NCBI GenBank assembly: GCA_964016885.1
Contig: OZ024758.1
Coordinates: 35,092,001 to 35,156,000 of the forward strand
Direction: 5' to 3'
Origin: Eledone cirrhosa
Lineage: Eukaryota
Length of the DNA stretch: 64,000 nucleotides
Shown: piece by piece, positions 36,500 through 50,200 of the stretch
Layout of the letters: every line of letters begins with the position of its first letter
How positions within the stretch are numbered: position 1 is the stretch's first letter
Position numbers and translations under genes: made by a program
Notes under the pieces: generated by a model
The model's database searches: none
The model's input: the letters and a program-made list of their open reading frames with translations, nothing else
What the model was told of the DNA's origin: nothing

Positions 36500-39400
36500 G
36501 TATTAGCTGTCAGAAGTAACTCCACTGTTGGTGAGAATTCATTTAAGTCATGGTATTAGCTGTCAGAAGTAACTCCATTATTGGTGAGAATTCATTTAAG
36601 TCATGGTACTAGCTGTCAGAAGTAACTCCACTGTTGGTGAGAATTCATTTAAGTTCATGGTACTAGCTGTCAGAAGTAACTCCACTGTTGGTGAGAATTC
36701 ATTTAAGTTCATGGTATTAGCTGTCAGAAGTAACTCCACTGTTGGTGAGAATTCATTTAAGTTCATGGTATTAGCTGTCAGAAGGAACTCCAATGTTGGT
36801 GAGAAATCATTTAAGTCATGGTACTAGCTGTCAGAAGTAACTCCACAGTTGGTGAGAATTCATTTAAGCTCATGGTATTAGCTGTCAGAAGGAACGCCAC
36901 TGTTGGTGAGAATTCATTTAAGTTCATGGTATTAGCTGTCAGAAGTAACTCCACTGTTGGTGAGAATTTATTTAAGTTCATGGTACTAGCTGTCAGAAGT
37001 AACTCCACTGTTGGTGAGAATTCATTTAAGTTCATGGTACTAGCTGTCAGAAGTAACTCCAATGTTGGTGAGAATTCATTTAAGTTCATGGTATTAGCTG
37101 TCAGAAGTAACTCCACTGTTGGTGAGAATTCATTTAAGTTCATGGTACTAGCTGTCAGAAGTAACTCCACTGTTGGTGAGAATTCATATAAGTTCATGGT
37201 ATTAGCTGTCAGAAGTCACTCCAATGTTGGTGAGAATTCAATTAAGTTCATGGTATTAGCTGTCAGAAGTCACTCCACTGTTGGTGAGAATTCATTTAAG
37301 TTCATGGTACTAGCTGTCAGAAGTAACCCCAATGTTGGTGAGAATTCATTTAAGTTCATGGTATTAGCTGTCAGAAGTCACTCCAATGTTGGTGAGAATT
37401 CATTTAAGTTCATGGTATTAGCTGTCAGAAGTAACTCCACTGTTGGTGAGAATTCATTTAAGTTCATGGTATTAGCTGTCAGAAGTAACTCCACTGTTGG
37501 TGAGAATTCATTTAAGTTCATGGTATTAGCTGTCAGAAGTAACTCCACTGTTGGTGAGAATTCATTTAAGTTCATGGTATTAGCTGTCAGAAGGAACTCC
37601 AATGTTGGTGAGAATTCATTTAAGTCATGGTACTAGCTGTCAGAAGTAACTCCACTGTTGGTGAGAATTCATTTAAGTTCACGGTATTAGCTGTCAGAAG
37701 GAACTCCACTGTTGGTGAGAATTCATTTAAGTTCATGGTATTAGCTGTCAGAAGTAACTCCACTGTTGGTGAGAATTCATTTAAGTTCATGGTACTAGCT
37801 GTCAGAAATAACTCCAATGTTGGTGAGAATTCATTTAAGTTCATGGTATTAGCTGTCAGAAGTAACTCCACTGTTGGTGAGAATTCATTTAAGTCATGGT
37901 TTTAGCTGTCAGAAGTAACTCCAATGTTGGTGAGAATTCATTTAAGTTCATGGTATTAGTTTGTCAGAAGTAACTCCACTGTTGGTGAGAATTCATTTAA
38001 GTTCATGGTATTAGCTGTCAGAAGGAACGCCACTGTTGGTGAGAATTCATTTAAGTTCATGGTATTAGCTGTCAGAAGTAACTCCACTGTTGGTGAGAAT
38101 TCATTTAAGTTCATGGTACTAGCTGTCAGAAGTAACTCCAATGTTGGTGAGAATTCATTTAAGTTCATGGTATTAGCTGTCAGAAGGAATTCCACTGTTG
38201 GTGAGAATTCATTTAAGTTCATGGTATTAGCTGTCAGAAGTAACTCCACTGTTGGTGAGAATTCATTTAAGTTCAGGGTATTAGCTGTCAGAAGTAACTC
38301 CAATGTTGGTGAGAATTCATTTAAGTTCATGGTATTAGCTGTCAGAAGTAACTCCACTGTTGGTGAGAATTCATTTAAGTTCATGGTATTAGCTGTCAGA
38401 AGTAACTCCACTGTTGATGAGAATTCATTTAAGTTCATGGTACTAGCTGTCAGAAGTAACTCCACTGTTGGTGAGAATTCATTTAAGTTCATGGTATTAG
38501 CTGTCAGAAGTAACTCCACTGTTGGTGAGAATTCATTTAAGTTCATGGTATTAGCTGTCAGAAGTAACTCCACTGTTGGTGAGAATTCATTTAAGTTCAG
38601 GGTATTAGCTGTCAGAAGTAACTCCAATGTTGGTGAGAATTCATTTAAGTTCATGGTATTAGCTGTCAGAAGTAACTCCACTGTTGGTGAGAATTCATTT
38701 AAGTTCATGGTATTAGCTGTCAGAAGTAACTCCACTGTTGATGAGAATTCATTTAAGTTCATGGTACTAGCTGTCAGAAGTAACTCCACTGTTGGTGAGA
38801 ATTCATTTAAGTTCATGGTATTAGTTTGTCAGAAGTAACTCCACTGTTGGTGAGAATTCATTTAAGTCATGGTATTAGTTGTCAGAAGTAACTCCAATGT
38901 TGGTGAGAATTCATTTAAGTTCATGGTACTAGCTGTCAGAAGTAACTCCACTGTTGGTGAGAATTCATTTAAGTTCATGGTATTAGCTGTCAGAAGTAAC
39001 TCCAATGTTGGTGAGAATTCATTTAAGTTCATGGTATTAGCTGTCAGAAGTAACTCCACTGTTGGTGAGAATTCATTTAAGTTCATGGTATTAGCTGTCA
39101 GAAGTAACTCCACTGTTGATGAGAATTCATTTAAGTTCATGGTACTAGCTGTCAGAAGTAACTCCACTGTTGGTGAGAATTCATTTAAGTTCATGGTATT
39201 AGTTTGTCAGAAGTAACTCCACTGTTGGTGAGAATTCATTTAAGTCATGGTATTAGTTGTCAGAAGTAACTCCAATGTTGGTGAGAATTCACTTAAGTTC
39301 ATGGTACTAGCTGTCAGAAGTAACTCCACTGTTGGTGAGAATTCATTTAAGTTCATGGTATTAGCTGTCAGAAGTAACTCCACTGTTGGTGAGAATTCAT

Positions 39401-42400
39401 TTAAGTCATGGTATTAGCTGTCAGAAGTAACTCCATTATTGGTGAGAATTCATTTAAGTCATGGTACTAGCTGTCAGAAGTAACTCCACTGTTGGTGAGA
39501 ATTCATTTAAGTTCATGGTACTAGCTGTCAGAAGTAACTCCACTGTTGGTGAGAATTCATTTAAGTTCATGGTATTAGCTGTCAGAAGTAACTCCACTGT
39601 TGGTGAGAATTCATTTAAGTTCATGGTATTAGCTGTCAGAAGGAACTCCAATGTTGGTGAGAAATCATTTAAGTCATGGTACTAGCTGTCAGAAGTAACT
39701 CCACAGTTGGTGAGAATTCATTTAAGCTCATGGTATTAGCTGTCAGAAGGAACGCCACTGTTGGTGAGAATTCATTTAAGTTCATGGTATTAGCTGTCAG
39801 AAGTAACTCCACTGTTGGTGAGAATTTATTTAAGTTCATGGTACTAGCTGTCAGAAGTAACTCCACTGTTGGTGAGAATTCATTTAAGTTCATGGTACTA
39901 GCTGTCAGAAGTAACTCCAATGTTGGTGAGAATTCATTTAAGTTCATGGTATTAGCTGTCAGAAGTAACTCCACTGTTGGTGAGAATTCATTTAAGTTCA
40001 TGGTACTAGCTGTCAGAAGTAACTCCACTGTTGGTGAGAATTCATTTAAGTTCATGGTATTAGCTGTCAGAAGTCACTCCAATGTTGGTGAGAATTCAAT
40101 TAAGTTCATGGTATTAGCTGTCAGAAGTCACTCCACTGTTGGTGAGAATTCATTTAAGTTCATGGTACTAGCTGTCAGAAGTAACCCCAATGTTGGTGAG
40201 AATTCATTTAAGTTCATGGTATTAGCTGTCAGAAGTCACTCCAATGTTGGTGAGAATTCATTTAAGTTCATGGTATTAGCTGTCAGAAGTAACTCCACTG
40301 TTGGTGAGAATTCATTTAAGTTCATGGTATTAGCTGTCAGAAGTAACTCCACTGTTGGTGAGAATTCATTTAAGTCATGGTATTAGCTGTCAGAAGTAAC
40401 TCCATTATTGGTGAGAATTCATTTAAGTCATGGTACTAGCTGTCAGAAGTAACTCCACTGTTGGTGAGAATTCATTTAAGTTCATGGTACTAGCTGTCAG
40501 AAGTAACTCCACTGTTGGTGAGAATTAATTTAAGTTCATGGTATTAGCTGTCAGAAGTAACTCCACTGTTGGTGAGAATTCATTTAAGTTCATGGTATTA
40601 GCTGTCAGAAGGAACTCCAATGTTGGTGAGAAATCATTTAAGTCATGGTACTAGCTGTCAGAAGTAACTCCACAGTTGGTGAGAATTCATTTAAGCTCAT
40701 GGTATTAGCTGTCAGAAGGAACGCCACTGTTGGTGAGAATTCATTTAAGTTCATGGTATTAGCTGTCAGAAGTAACTCCACTGTTGGTGAGAATTTATTT
40801 AAGTTCATGGTACTAGCTGTCAGAAGTAACTCCACTGTTGGTGAGAATTCATTTAAGTTCATGGTACTAGCTGTCAGAAGTAACTCCAATGTTGGTGAGA
40901 ATTCATTTAAGTTCATGGTATTAGCTGTCAGAAGTAACTCCACTGTTGGTGAGAATTCATTTAAGTTCATGGTACTAGCTGTCAGAAGTAACTCCACTGT
41001 TGGTGAGAATTCATATAAGTTCATGGTATTAGCTGTCAGAAGTCACTCCAATGTTGGTGAGAATTCAATTAAGTTCATGGTATTAGCTGTCAGAAGTCAC
41101 TCCACTGTTGGTGAGAATTCATTTAAGTTCATGGTACTAGCTGTCAGAAGTAACCCCAATGTTGGTGAGAATTCATTTAAGTTCATGGTATTAGCTGTCA
41201 GAAGTCACTCCAATGTTGGTGAGAATTCATTTAAGTTCATGGTATTAGCTGTCAGAAGTAACTCCACTGTTGGTGAGAATTCATTTAAGTTCATGGTATT
41301 AGCTGTCAGAAGTAACTCCACTGTTGGTGAGAATTCATTTAAGTTCATGGTATTAGCTGTCAGAAGTAACTCCACTGTTGGTGAGAATTCATTTAAGTTC
41401 ATGGTATTAGCTGTCAGAAGGAACTCCAATGTTGGTGAGAATTCATTTAAGTCATGGTACTAGCTGTCAGAAGTAACTCCACTGTTGGTGAGAATTCATT
41501 TAAGTTCACGGTATTAGCTGTCAGAAGGAACTCCACTGTTGGTGAGAATTCATTTAAGTTCATGGTATTAGCTGTCAGAAGTAACTCCACTGTTGGTGAG
41601 AATTCATTTAAGTTCATGGTACTAGCTGTCAGAAATAACTCCAATGTTGGTGAGAATTCATTTAAGTTCATGGTATTAGCTGTCAGAAGTAACTCCACTG
41701 TTGGTGAGAATTCATTTAAGTCATGGTTTTAGCTGTCAGAAGTAACTCCAATGTTGGTGAGAATTCATTTAAGTTCATGGTATTAGTTTGTCAGAAGTAA
41801 CTCCACTGTTGGTGAGAATTCATTTAAGTTCATGGTATTAGCTGTCAGAAGGAACGCCACTGTTGGTGAGAATTCATTTAAGTTCATGGTATTAGCTGTC
41901 AGAAGTAACTCCACTGTTGGTGAGAATTCATTTAAGTTCATGGTACTAGCTGTCAGAAGTAACTCCAATGTTGGTGAGAATTCATTTAAGTTCATGGTAT
42001 TAGCTGTCAGAAGGAATTCCACTGTTGGTGAGAATTCATTTAAGTTCATGGTATTAGCTGTCAGAAGTAACTCCACTGTTGGTGAGAATTCATTTAAGTT
42101 CAGGGTATTAGCTGTCAGAAGTAACTCCAATGTTGGTGAGAATTCATTTAAGTTCATGGTATTAGCTGTCAGAAGTAACTCCACTGTTGGTGAGAATTCA
42201 TTTAAGTTCATGGTATTAGCTGTCAGAAGTAACTCCACTGTTGATGAGAATTCATTTAAGTTCATGGTACTAGCTGTCAGAAGTAACTCCACTGTTGGTG
42301 AGAATTCATTTAAGTTCATGGTATTAGCTGTCAGAAGTAACTCCACTGTTGGTGAGAATTCATTTAAGTTCATGGTATTAGCTGTCAGAAGTAACTCCAC

Positions 42401-44200
42401 TGTTGGTGAGAATTCATTTAAGTTCAGGGTATTAGCTGTCAGAAGTAACTCCAATGTTGGTGAGAATTCATTTAAGTTCATGGTATTAGCTGTCAGAAGT
42501 AACTCCACTGTTGGTGAGAATTCATTTAAGTTCATGGTATTAGCTGTCAGAAGTAACTCCACTGTTGATGAGAATTCATTTAAGTTCATGGTACTAGCTG
42601 TCAGAAGTAACTCCACTGTTGGTGAGAATTCATTTAAGTTCATGGTATTAGTTTGTCAGAAGTAACTCCACTGTTGGTGAGAATTCATTTAAGTCATGGT
42701 ATTAGTTGTCAGAAGTAACTCCAATGTTGGTGAGAATTCATTTAAGTTCATGGTACTAGCTGTCAGAAGTAACTCCACTGTTGGTGAGAATTCATTTAAG
42801 TTCATGGTATTAGCTGTCAGAAGTAACTCCAATGTTGGTGAGAATTCATTTAAGTTCATGGTATTAGCTGTCAGAAGTAACTCCACTGTTGGTGAGAATT
42901 CATTTAAGTTCATGGTATTAGCTGTCAGAAGTAACTCCACTGTTGATGAGAATTCATTTAAGTTCATGGTACTAGCTGTCAGAAGTAACTCCACTGTTGG
43001 TGAGAATTCATTTAAGTTCATGGTATTAGTTTGTCAGAAGTAACTCCACTGTTGGTGAGAATTCATTTAAGTCATGGTATTAGTTGTCAGAAGTAACTCC
43101 AATGTTGGTGAGAATTCACTTAAGTTCATGGTACTAGCTGTCAGAAGTAACTCCACTGTTGGTGAGAATTCATTTAAGTTCATGGTATTAGCTGTCAGAA
43201 GTAACTCCACTGTTGGTGAGAATTCATTTAAGTCATGGTATTAGCTGTCAGAAGTAACTCCATTATTGGTGAGAATTCATTTAAGTCATGGTACTAGCTG
43301 TCAGAAGTAACTCCACTGTTGGTGAGAATTCATTTAAGTTCATGGTACTAGCTGTCAGAAGTAACTCCACTGTTGGTGAGAATTCATTTAAGTTCATGGT
43401 ATTAGCTGTCAGAAGTAACTCCACTGTTGGTGAGAATTCATTTAAGTTCATGGTATTAGCTGTCAGAAGGAACTCCAATGTTGGTGAGAAATCATTTAAG
43501 TCATGGTACTAGCTGTCAGAAGTAACTCCACAGTTGGTGAGAATTCATTTAAGCTCATGGTATTAGCTGTCAGAAGGAACGCCACTGTTGGTGAGAATTC
43601 ATTTAAGTTCATGGTATTAGCTGTCAGAAGTAACTCCACTGTTGGTGAGAATTTATTTAAGTTCATGGTACTAGCTGTCAGAAGTAACTCCACTGTTGGT
43701 GAGAATTCATTTAAGTTCATGGTACTAGCTGTCAGAAGTAACTCCAATGTTGGTGAGAATTCATTTAAGTTCATGGTATTAGCTGTCAGAAGTAACTCCA
43801 CTGTTGGTGAGAATTCATTTAAGTTCATGGTACTAGCTGTCAGAAGTAACTCCACTGTTGGTGAGAATTCATTTAAGTTCATGGTATTAGCTGTCAGAAG
43901 TCACTCCAATGTTGGTGAGAATTCAATTAAGTTCATGGTATTAGCTGTCAGAAGTCACTCCACTGTTGGTGAGAATTCATTTAAGTTCATGGTACTAGCT
44001 GTCAGAAGTAACCCCAATGTTGGTGAGAATTCATTTAAGTTCATGGTATTAGCTGTCAGAAGTCACTCCAATGTTGGTGAGAATTCATTTAAGTTCATGG
44101 TATTAGCTGTCAGAAGTAACTCCACTGTTGGTGAGAATTCATTTAAGTTCATGGTATTAGCTGTCAGAAGTAACTCCACTGTTGGTGAGAATTCATTTAA
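36500..44200. repeat. 3,827-bp (71-monomer) tandem duplication present only in the second 17-kb copy
   Basis: ORFs 36811/40638, 37620/41447, 37956/41783 and 39669/43496 recur at +3827, as does marker TCATATAAG (A at 37188/41015). Junction at ~40,280-40,375. Confidence 0.92.
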
Positions 44201-47200
44201 GTTCATGGTATTAGCTGTCAGAAGTAACTCCACTGTTGGTGAGAATTCATTTAAGTTCATGGTATTAGCTGTCAGAAGGAACTCCAATGTTGGTGAGAAT
44301 TCATTTAAGTCATGGTACTAGCTGTCAGAAGTAACTCCACTGTTGGTGAGAATTCATTTAAGTTCATGGTATTAGCTGTCCGAAGTAACTCCACTGTTGG
44401 TGAGAATTCATTTAAGTTCATGGTACTAGCTGTCAGAAGTAACTCCAATGTTGGTGAGAATTCATTTAAGTTCATGGTATTAGCTGTCAGAAGGAACTCC
44501 ACTGTTGGTGAGAATTCATTTAAGTTCATGGTATTAGCTGTCAGAAGTAACTCCACTGTTGGTGAGAATACATTTAAGTTCATGATATTAGTTGTCAGAA
44601 GTAACTCCACTGTTGGTGAGAATTCATTTAAGTCATGGTATTAGTTGTCAGAAGTAACTCCAATGTTGGTGAGAATTCATTTAAGTTCATGGTACTAGCT
44701 GTCAGAAGTAACTCCACTGTTGGTGAGAATTCATTTAAGTTCATGGTATTAGCTGTCAGAAGTAACTCCACTGTTTGTGAGAATTCATTTAAGTCATGGT
44801 ATTAGCTGTCAGAAGTAACTCCATTGTTGGTGAGAATTCATTTAAGTCATGGTACTAGCTGTCAGAAATAACTCCACTGTTGGTGAGAATTCATTTAAGT
44901 TCATGGTATTAGTTTGTCAGAAGTAACTCCACTGTTGGTGAGAATTCATTTAAGTCATGGTATTAGTTGTCAGAAGTAACTCCAATGTTGGTGAGAATTC
45001 ATTTAAGTCATGGTACTAGCTGTCAGAAGTAACTCCAATGTTGGTGAGAATTCATTTAAGTTCACGGTATTAGCTGTCAGAAGGAACTCCACTGTTGGTG
45101 AGAATTCATTTAATTTCATGGTATTAGCTGTCAGAAGTAACTCCACTGTTGGTGAGAATTCATTTAAGTTCATGGTACTAGCTGTCAGAAATAACTCCAA
45201 TGTTGGTGAGAATTCATTTAAGTTCATGGTATTAGCTGTCAGAAGTAACTCCACTGTTGGTGAGAATTCATTTAAGTCATGGTATTAGCTGTCAGAAGTA
45301 ACTCCAATGTTGGTGAGAATTCATTTAAGTTCATGGTATTAGCTGTCAGAAGTAACTCCACTGTTGGTGAGAATTCATTTAAGTTCATGGTACTAGCTGT
45401 CAGAAGTAACTCCACTGTTGGTGAGAATTCATTTAAGTTCATGGTATTAGTTTGTCAGAAGTAACTCCACTGTTGGTGAGAATTCATTTAAGTTCATGGT
45501 ATTAGCTGTCAGAAGGAACGCCACTGTTGGGGAGAATTAATTTAAGTTCATGGTATTAGCTGTCAGAAGTAACTCCACTGTTGGTGAGAATTCATTTAAG
45601 TTCATGGTACTAGCTGTCAGAAGTAACTCCAATGTTGGTGAGAATTCATTTAAGTTCATGGTATTAGCTGTCAGAAGGAATTCCACTGTTGGTGAGAATT
45701 CATTTAAGTTCATGGTATTAGCTGTCAGAAGTAACTCCACTGTTGGTGAGAATTCATTTAAGTCATGGTATTAGCTGTCAGAAGTAACTCCATTGTTGGT
45801 GAGAATTCATTTAAGTCATGGTACTAGCTGTCAGAAGTAACTCCACTGTTGGTGAGAATTCATTTAAGTTCATGGTATTAGTTTGTCAGAAGTAACTCCA
45901 CTGTTGGTGAGAATTCATTTAAGTCATGGTATTAGTTGTCAGAAGTAACTCCAATGTTGGTGAGAATTCATTTAAGTTCATGGTACTAGCTGTCAGATGT
46001 AACTCCATTGTTGGTGAGAATTCATTTAAGTTCATGGTACTAGCTGTCAGAAGTAACTCCACTGTTGGTGAGAATTCATTTAAGTTCATGGTATTAGTTT
46101 GTCAGAAGTAACTCCACTGTTGGTGAGAATTCATTTAAGTCATGGTATTAGTGGTCAGAAGTAACTCCAATGTTGGTGAGAATTCATTTAAGTCATGGTA
46201 CTAGCTGTCAGAAGTAACTCCAATGTTGGTGAGAATTCATTTAAGTTCATGGTATTAGCTGTCAGAAGGAACTCCACTGTTGGTGAGAATTCATTTAAGT
46301 TCATGGTATTAGCTGTCAGAAGTAACTCCACTGTTGGTGAGAATTCATTTAAGTTCATGGTACTAGCTGTCAGAAGTAACTCCAATGTTGGTGAGAATTC
46401 ATTTAAGTTCATGGTATTAGCTGTCAGAAGTAACTCCACTGTTGGTGAGAATTCATTTAAGTCATGGTATTAGCTGTCAGAAGTAACTCCAATGTTGGTG
46501 AGAATTCATTTAAGTCATGGTATTAGCTGTCAGAGGTAACTCCATTGTTGGTGAGAATTCATTTAAGTCATGGTACTAGCTGTCAGAAGTAACTCCACTG
46601 TTGGTGAGAATTCATTTAAGTTCATGGTACTAGCTGTCAGAAGTAACTCCACTGTTGGTGAGAATTCATTTAAGTTCATGGTACTAGCTGTCAGAAGTAA
46701 CTCCAATGTTGGTGAGAATTCATTTAAGTTCATGGTATTAGCTGTCAGAAGGAACTCCACTGTTGGTGAGAATTCATTTAAGTTCATGGTATTAGCTGTC
46801 AGAAGTAACTCCACTGTTGGTGAGAATTCATTTAAGTTCATGGTACTAGCTGTCAGAAGTAACTCCAATGTTGGTGAGAATTCATTTAAGTTTATGGTAT
46901 TAGCTGTCAGAAGTAACTCCACTGTTGGTGAGAATTCATTTAAGTTCATGGTATTAGTTTGTCAGAAGTAACTCCACTGTTGGTGAGAATTCATTTAAGT
47001 TCATGGTATTAGCTGTCAGAAGGAACGCCACTGTTGGGGAGAATTCATTTAAGTTCATGGTATTAGCTGTCAGAAGTAACTCCACTGTTGGTGAGAATTC
47101 ATTTAAGTTCATGGTACTAGCTGTCAGAAGTAACTCCAATGTTGGTGAGAATTCATTTAAGTTCATGGTATTAGCTGTCAGAAGGAATTCCACTGTTGGT

Positions 47201-50200
47201 GAGAATTCATTTAAGTTCATGGTATTAGCTGTCAGAAGTAACTCCACTGTTGGTGAGAATTCATTTAAGTCATGGTATTAGCTGTCAGAAGTAACTCCAT
47301 TGTTGGTGAGAATTCATTTAAGTCATGGTACTAGCTGTCAGAAGTAACTCCACTGTTGGTGAGAATTCATTTAAGTTCATGGTATTAGTTTGTCAGAAGT
47401 AACTCCACTGTTGGTGAGAATTCATTTAAGTCATGGTATTAGTTGTCAGAAGTAACTCCAATGTTGGTGAGAATTCATTTAAGTTCATGGTACTAGCTGT
47501 CAGATGTAACTCCATTGTTGGTGAGAATTCATTTAAGTTCATGGTACTAGCTGTCAGAAGTAACTCCACTGTTGGTGAGAATTCATTTAAGTTCATGGTA
47601 TTAGTTTGTCAGAAGTAACTCCGCTGTTGGTGAGAATTCATTTAAGTCATGGTATTAGTGGTCAGAAGTAACTCCAATGTTGGTGAGAATTCATTTAAGT
47701 CATGGTACTAGCTGTCAGAAGTAACTCCAATGTTGGTGAGAATTCATTTAAGTTCATGGTATTAGCTGTCAGAAGGAACTCCACTGTTGGTGAGAATTCA
47801 TTTAAGTTCATGGTATTAGCTGTCAGAAGTAACTCCACTGTTGGTGAGAATTCATTTAAGTTCATGGTACTAGCTGTCAGAAGTAACTCCAATGTTGGTG
47901 AGAATTCATTTAAGTTCATGGTATTAGCTGTCAGAAGTAACTCCACTGTTGGTGAGAATTCATTTAAGTCATGGTATTAGCTGTCAGAAGTAACTCCAAT
48001 GTTGGTGAGAATTCATTTAAGTCATGGTATTAGCTGTCAGAGGTAACTCCATTGTTGGTGAGAATTCATTTAAGTCATGGTACTAGCTGTCAGAAGTAAC
48101 TCCACTGTTGGTGAGAATTCATTTAAGTTCATGGTACTAGCTGTCAGAAGTAACTCCACTGTTGGTGAGAATTCATTTAAGTTCATGGTACTAGCTGTCA
48201 GAAGTAACTCCAATGTTGGTGAGAATTCATTTAAGTTCATGGTATTAGCTGTCAGAAGGAACTCCACTGTTGGTGAGAATTCATTTAAGTTCATGGTATT
48301 AGCTGTCAGAAGTAACTCCACTGTTGGTGAGAATTCATTTAAGTTCATGGTACTAGCTGTCAGAAGTAACTCCAATGTTGGTGAGAATTCATTTAAGTTT
48401 ATGGTATTAGCTGTCAGAAGTAACTCCACTGTTGGTGAGAATTCATTTAAGTCATGGTATTAGCTGTCAGAAGTAACTCCAATGTTGGTGAGAATTCATT
48501 TAAGTTCATGGTATTAGCTGTCAGAAGTAACTCCACTGTTGGTGAGAATTCATTTAAGTTCATGGTATTAGCTGTCAGAAGTAACTCCACTGTTGGTGAG
48601 AATTCATTTAAGTTCATGGTACTAGCTGTCAGAAGTAACTCCACTGTTGGTGAGAATTCATTTAAGTTCATGGTATTAGCTGTCAGAAGTAACTCCAATG
48701 TTGGTGAGAATTCATTTAAGTTCATGGTATTAGCTGTCAGAAGTAACTCCACTGTTGGTGAGAATTCATTTATGTTCATGGTATTAGCTGTCAGAAGTAA
48801 CTCCACTGTTGATGAGAATTCATTTAAGTTCATGGTACTAGCTGTCAGAAGTAACTCCACTGTTGGTGAGAATTCATTTAAGTTGATGGTATTAGCTGTC
48901 AGAAGTAACTCCACTGTTGGTGAGAATTCATTTAAGTCATGGTATTAGCTGTCAGAAGTAACTCCATTGTTGGTGAGAATTCATTTAAGTCATGGTACTA
49001 GCTGTCAGAAGTAACTCCACTGTTGGTGAGAATTCATTTAAGTTCATGGTACTAGCTGTCAGAAGTAACTCCACTGTTGGTGAGAATTCATTTAAGTTCA
49101 AGGTATTAGCTGTCAGAAGTAACTCCACTGTTGGTGAGAATTCATTTAAGTTCATGGTATTAGCTGTCAGAAGGAACTCCAATGTTGGTGAGAAATCATT
49201 TAAGTCATGGTACTAGCTGTCAGAAGTAACTCCACTGTTGGTGAGAATTCATTTAAGTTCATGGTATTAGCTGTCAGAAGGAACGCCACTGTTGGTGAGA
49301 ATTCATTTAAGTTCATGGTATTAGCTGTCAGAAGTAACTCCACTGTTGGTGAGAATTCATTTAAGTTCATGGTACTAGCTGTCAGAAGTAACTCCATTGT
49401 TGGTGAGAATTCATTTAAGTTCATGGTACTAGCTGTCAGAAGTAACTCCAATGTTGGTGAGAATTCATTTAAGTTCATGGTATTAGCTGTCAGAAGTAAC
49501 TCCACTGTTGGTGAGAATTCATTTAAGTTCATGGTACTAGCTGTCAGAAGTAACTCCACTGTTGGTGAGAATTCATTTAAGTTCATGGTATTAGCTGTCA
49601 GAAGTCACTCCAATGTTGGTGAGAATTCATTTAAGTTCATGGTATTAGCTGTCAGAAGTCACTCCACTGTTGGTGAGAATTCATTTAAGTTCATGGTATT
49701 AGCTGTCAGAAGTAAGTCCACTGTTGGTGAGAATTCATTTAAGTTCATGGTATTAGCTGTCAGAAGGAACTCCAATGTTGGTGAGAATTCATTTAAGTCA
49801 TGGTACTAGCTGTCAGAAGTAACTCCACTGTTGGTGAGAATTCATTTAAGTTCATGGTATTAGCTGTCAGAAGGAACGCCACTGTTGGTGAGAATTCATT
49901 TAAGTTCATGGTATTAGCTGTCAGAAGTAACTCCACTGTTGGTGAGAATTCATTTAAGTTCATGGTACTAGCTGTCAGAAGTAACTCCACTGTTGGTGAG
50001 AATTCATTTAAGTTCATGGGACTAGCTGTCAGAAGTAACTCCAATGTTGGTGAGAATTCATTTAAGTTCATGGTACTAGCTGTCAGAAGTAACTCCACTG
50101 TTGGTGAGAATTCATTTAAGTTCATGGTACTAGCTGTCAGAAGTAACTCCAATGTTGGTGAGAATTCATTTAAGTTCATGGTATTAGCTGTCAGAAGGAA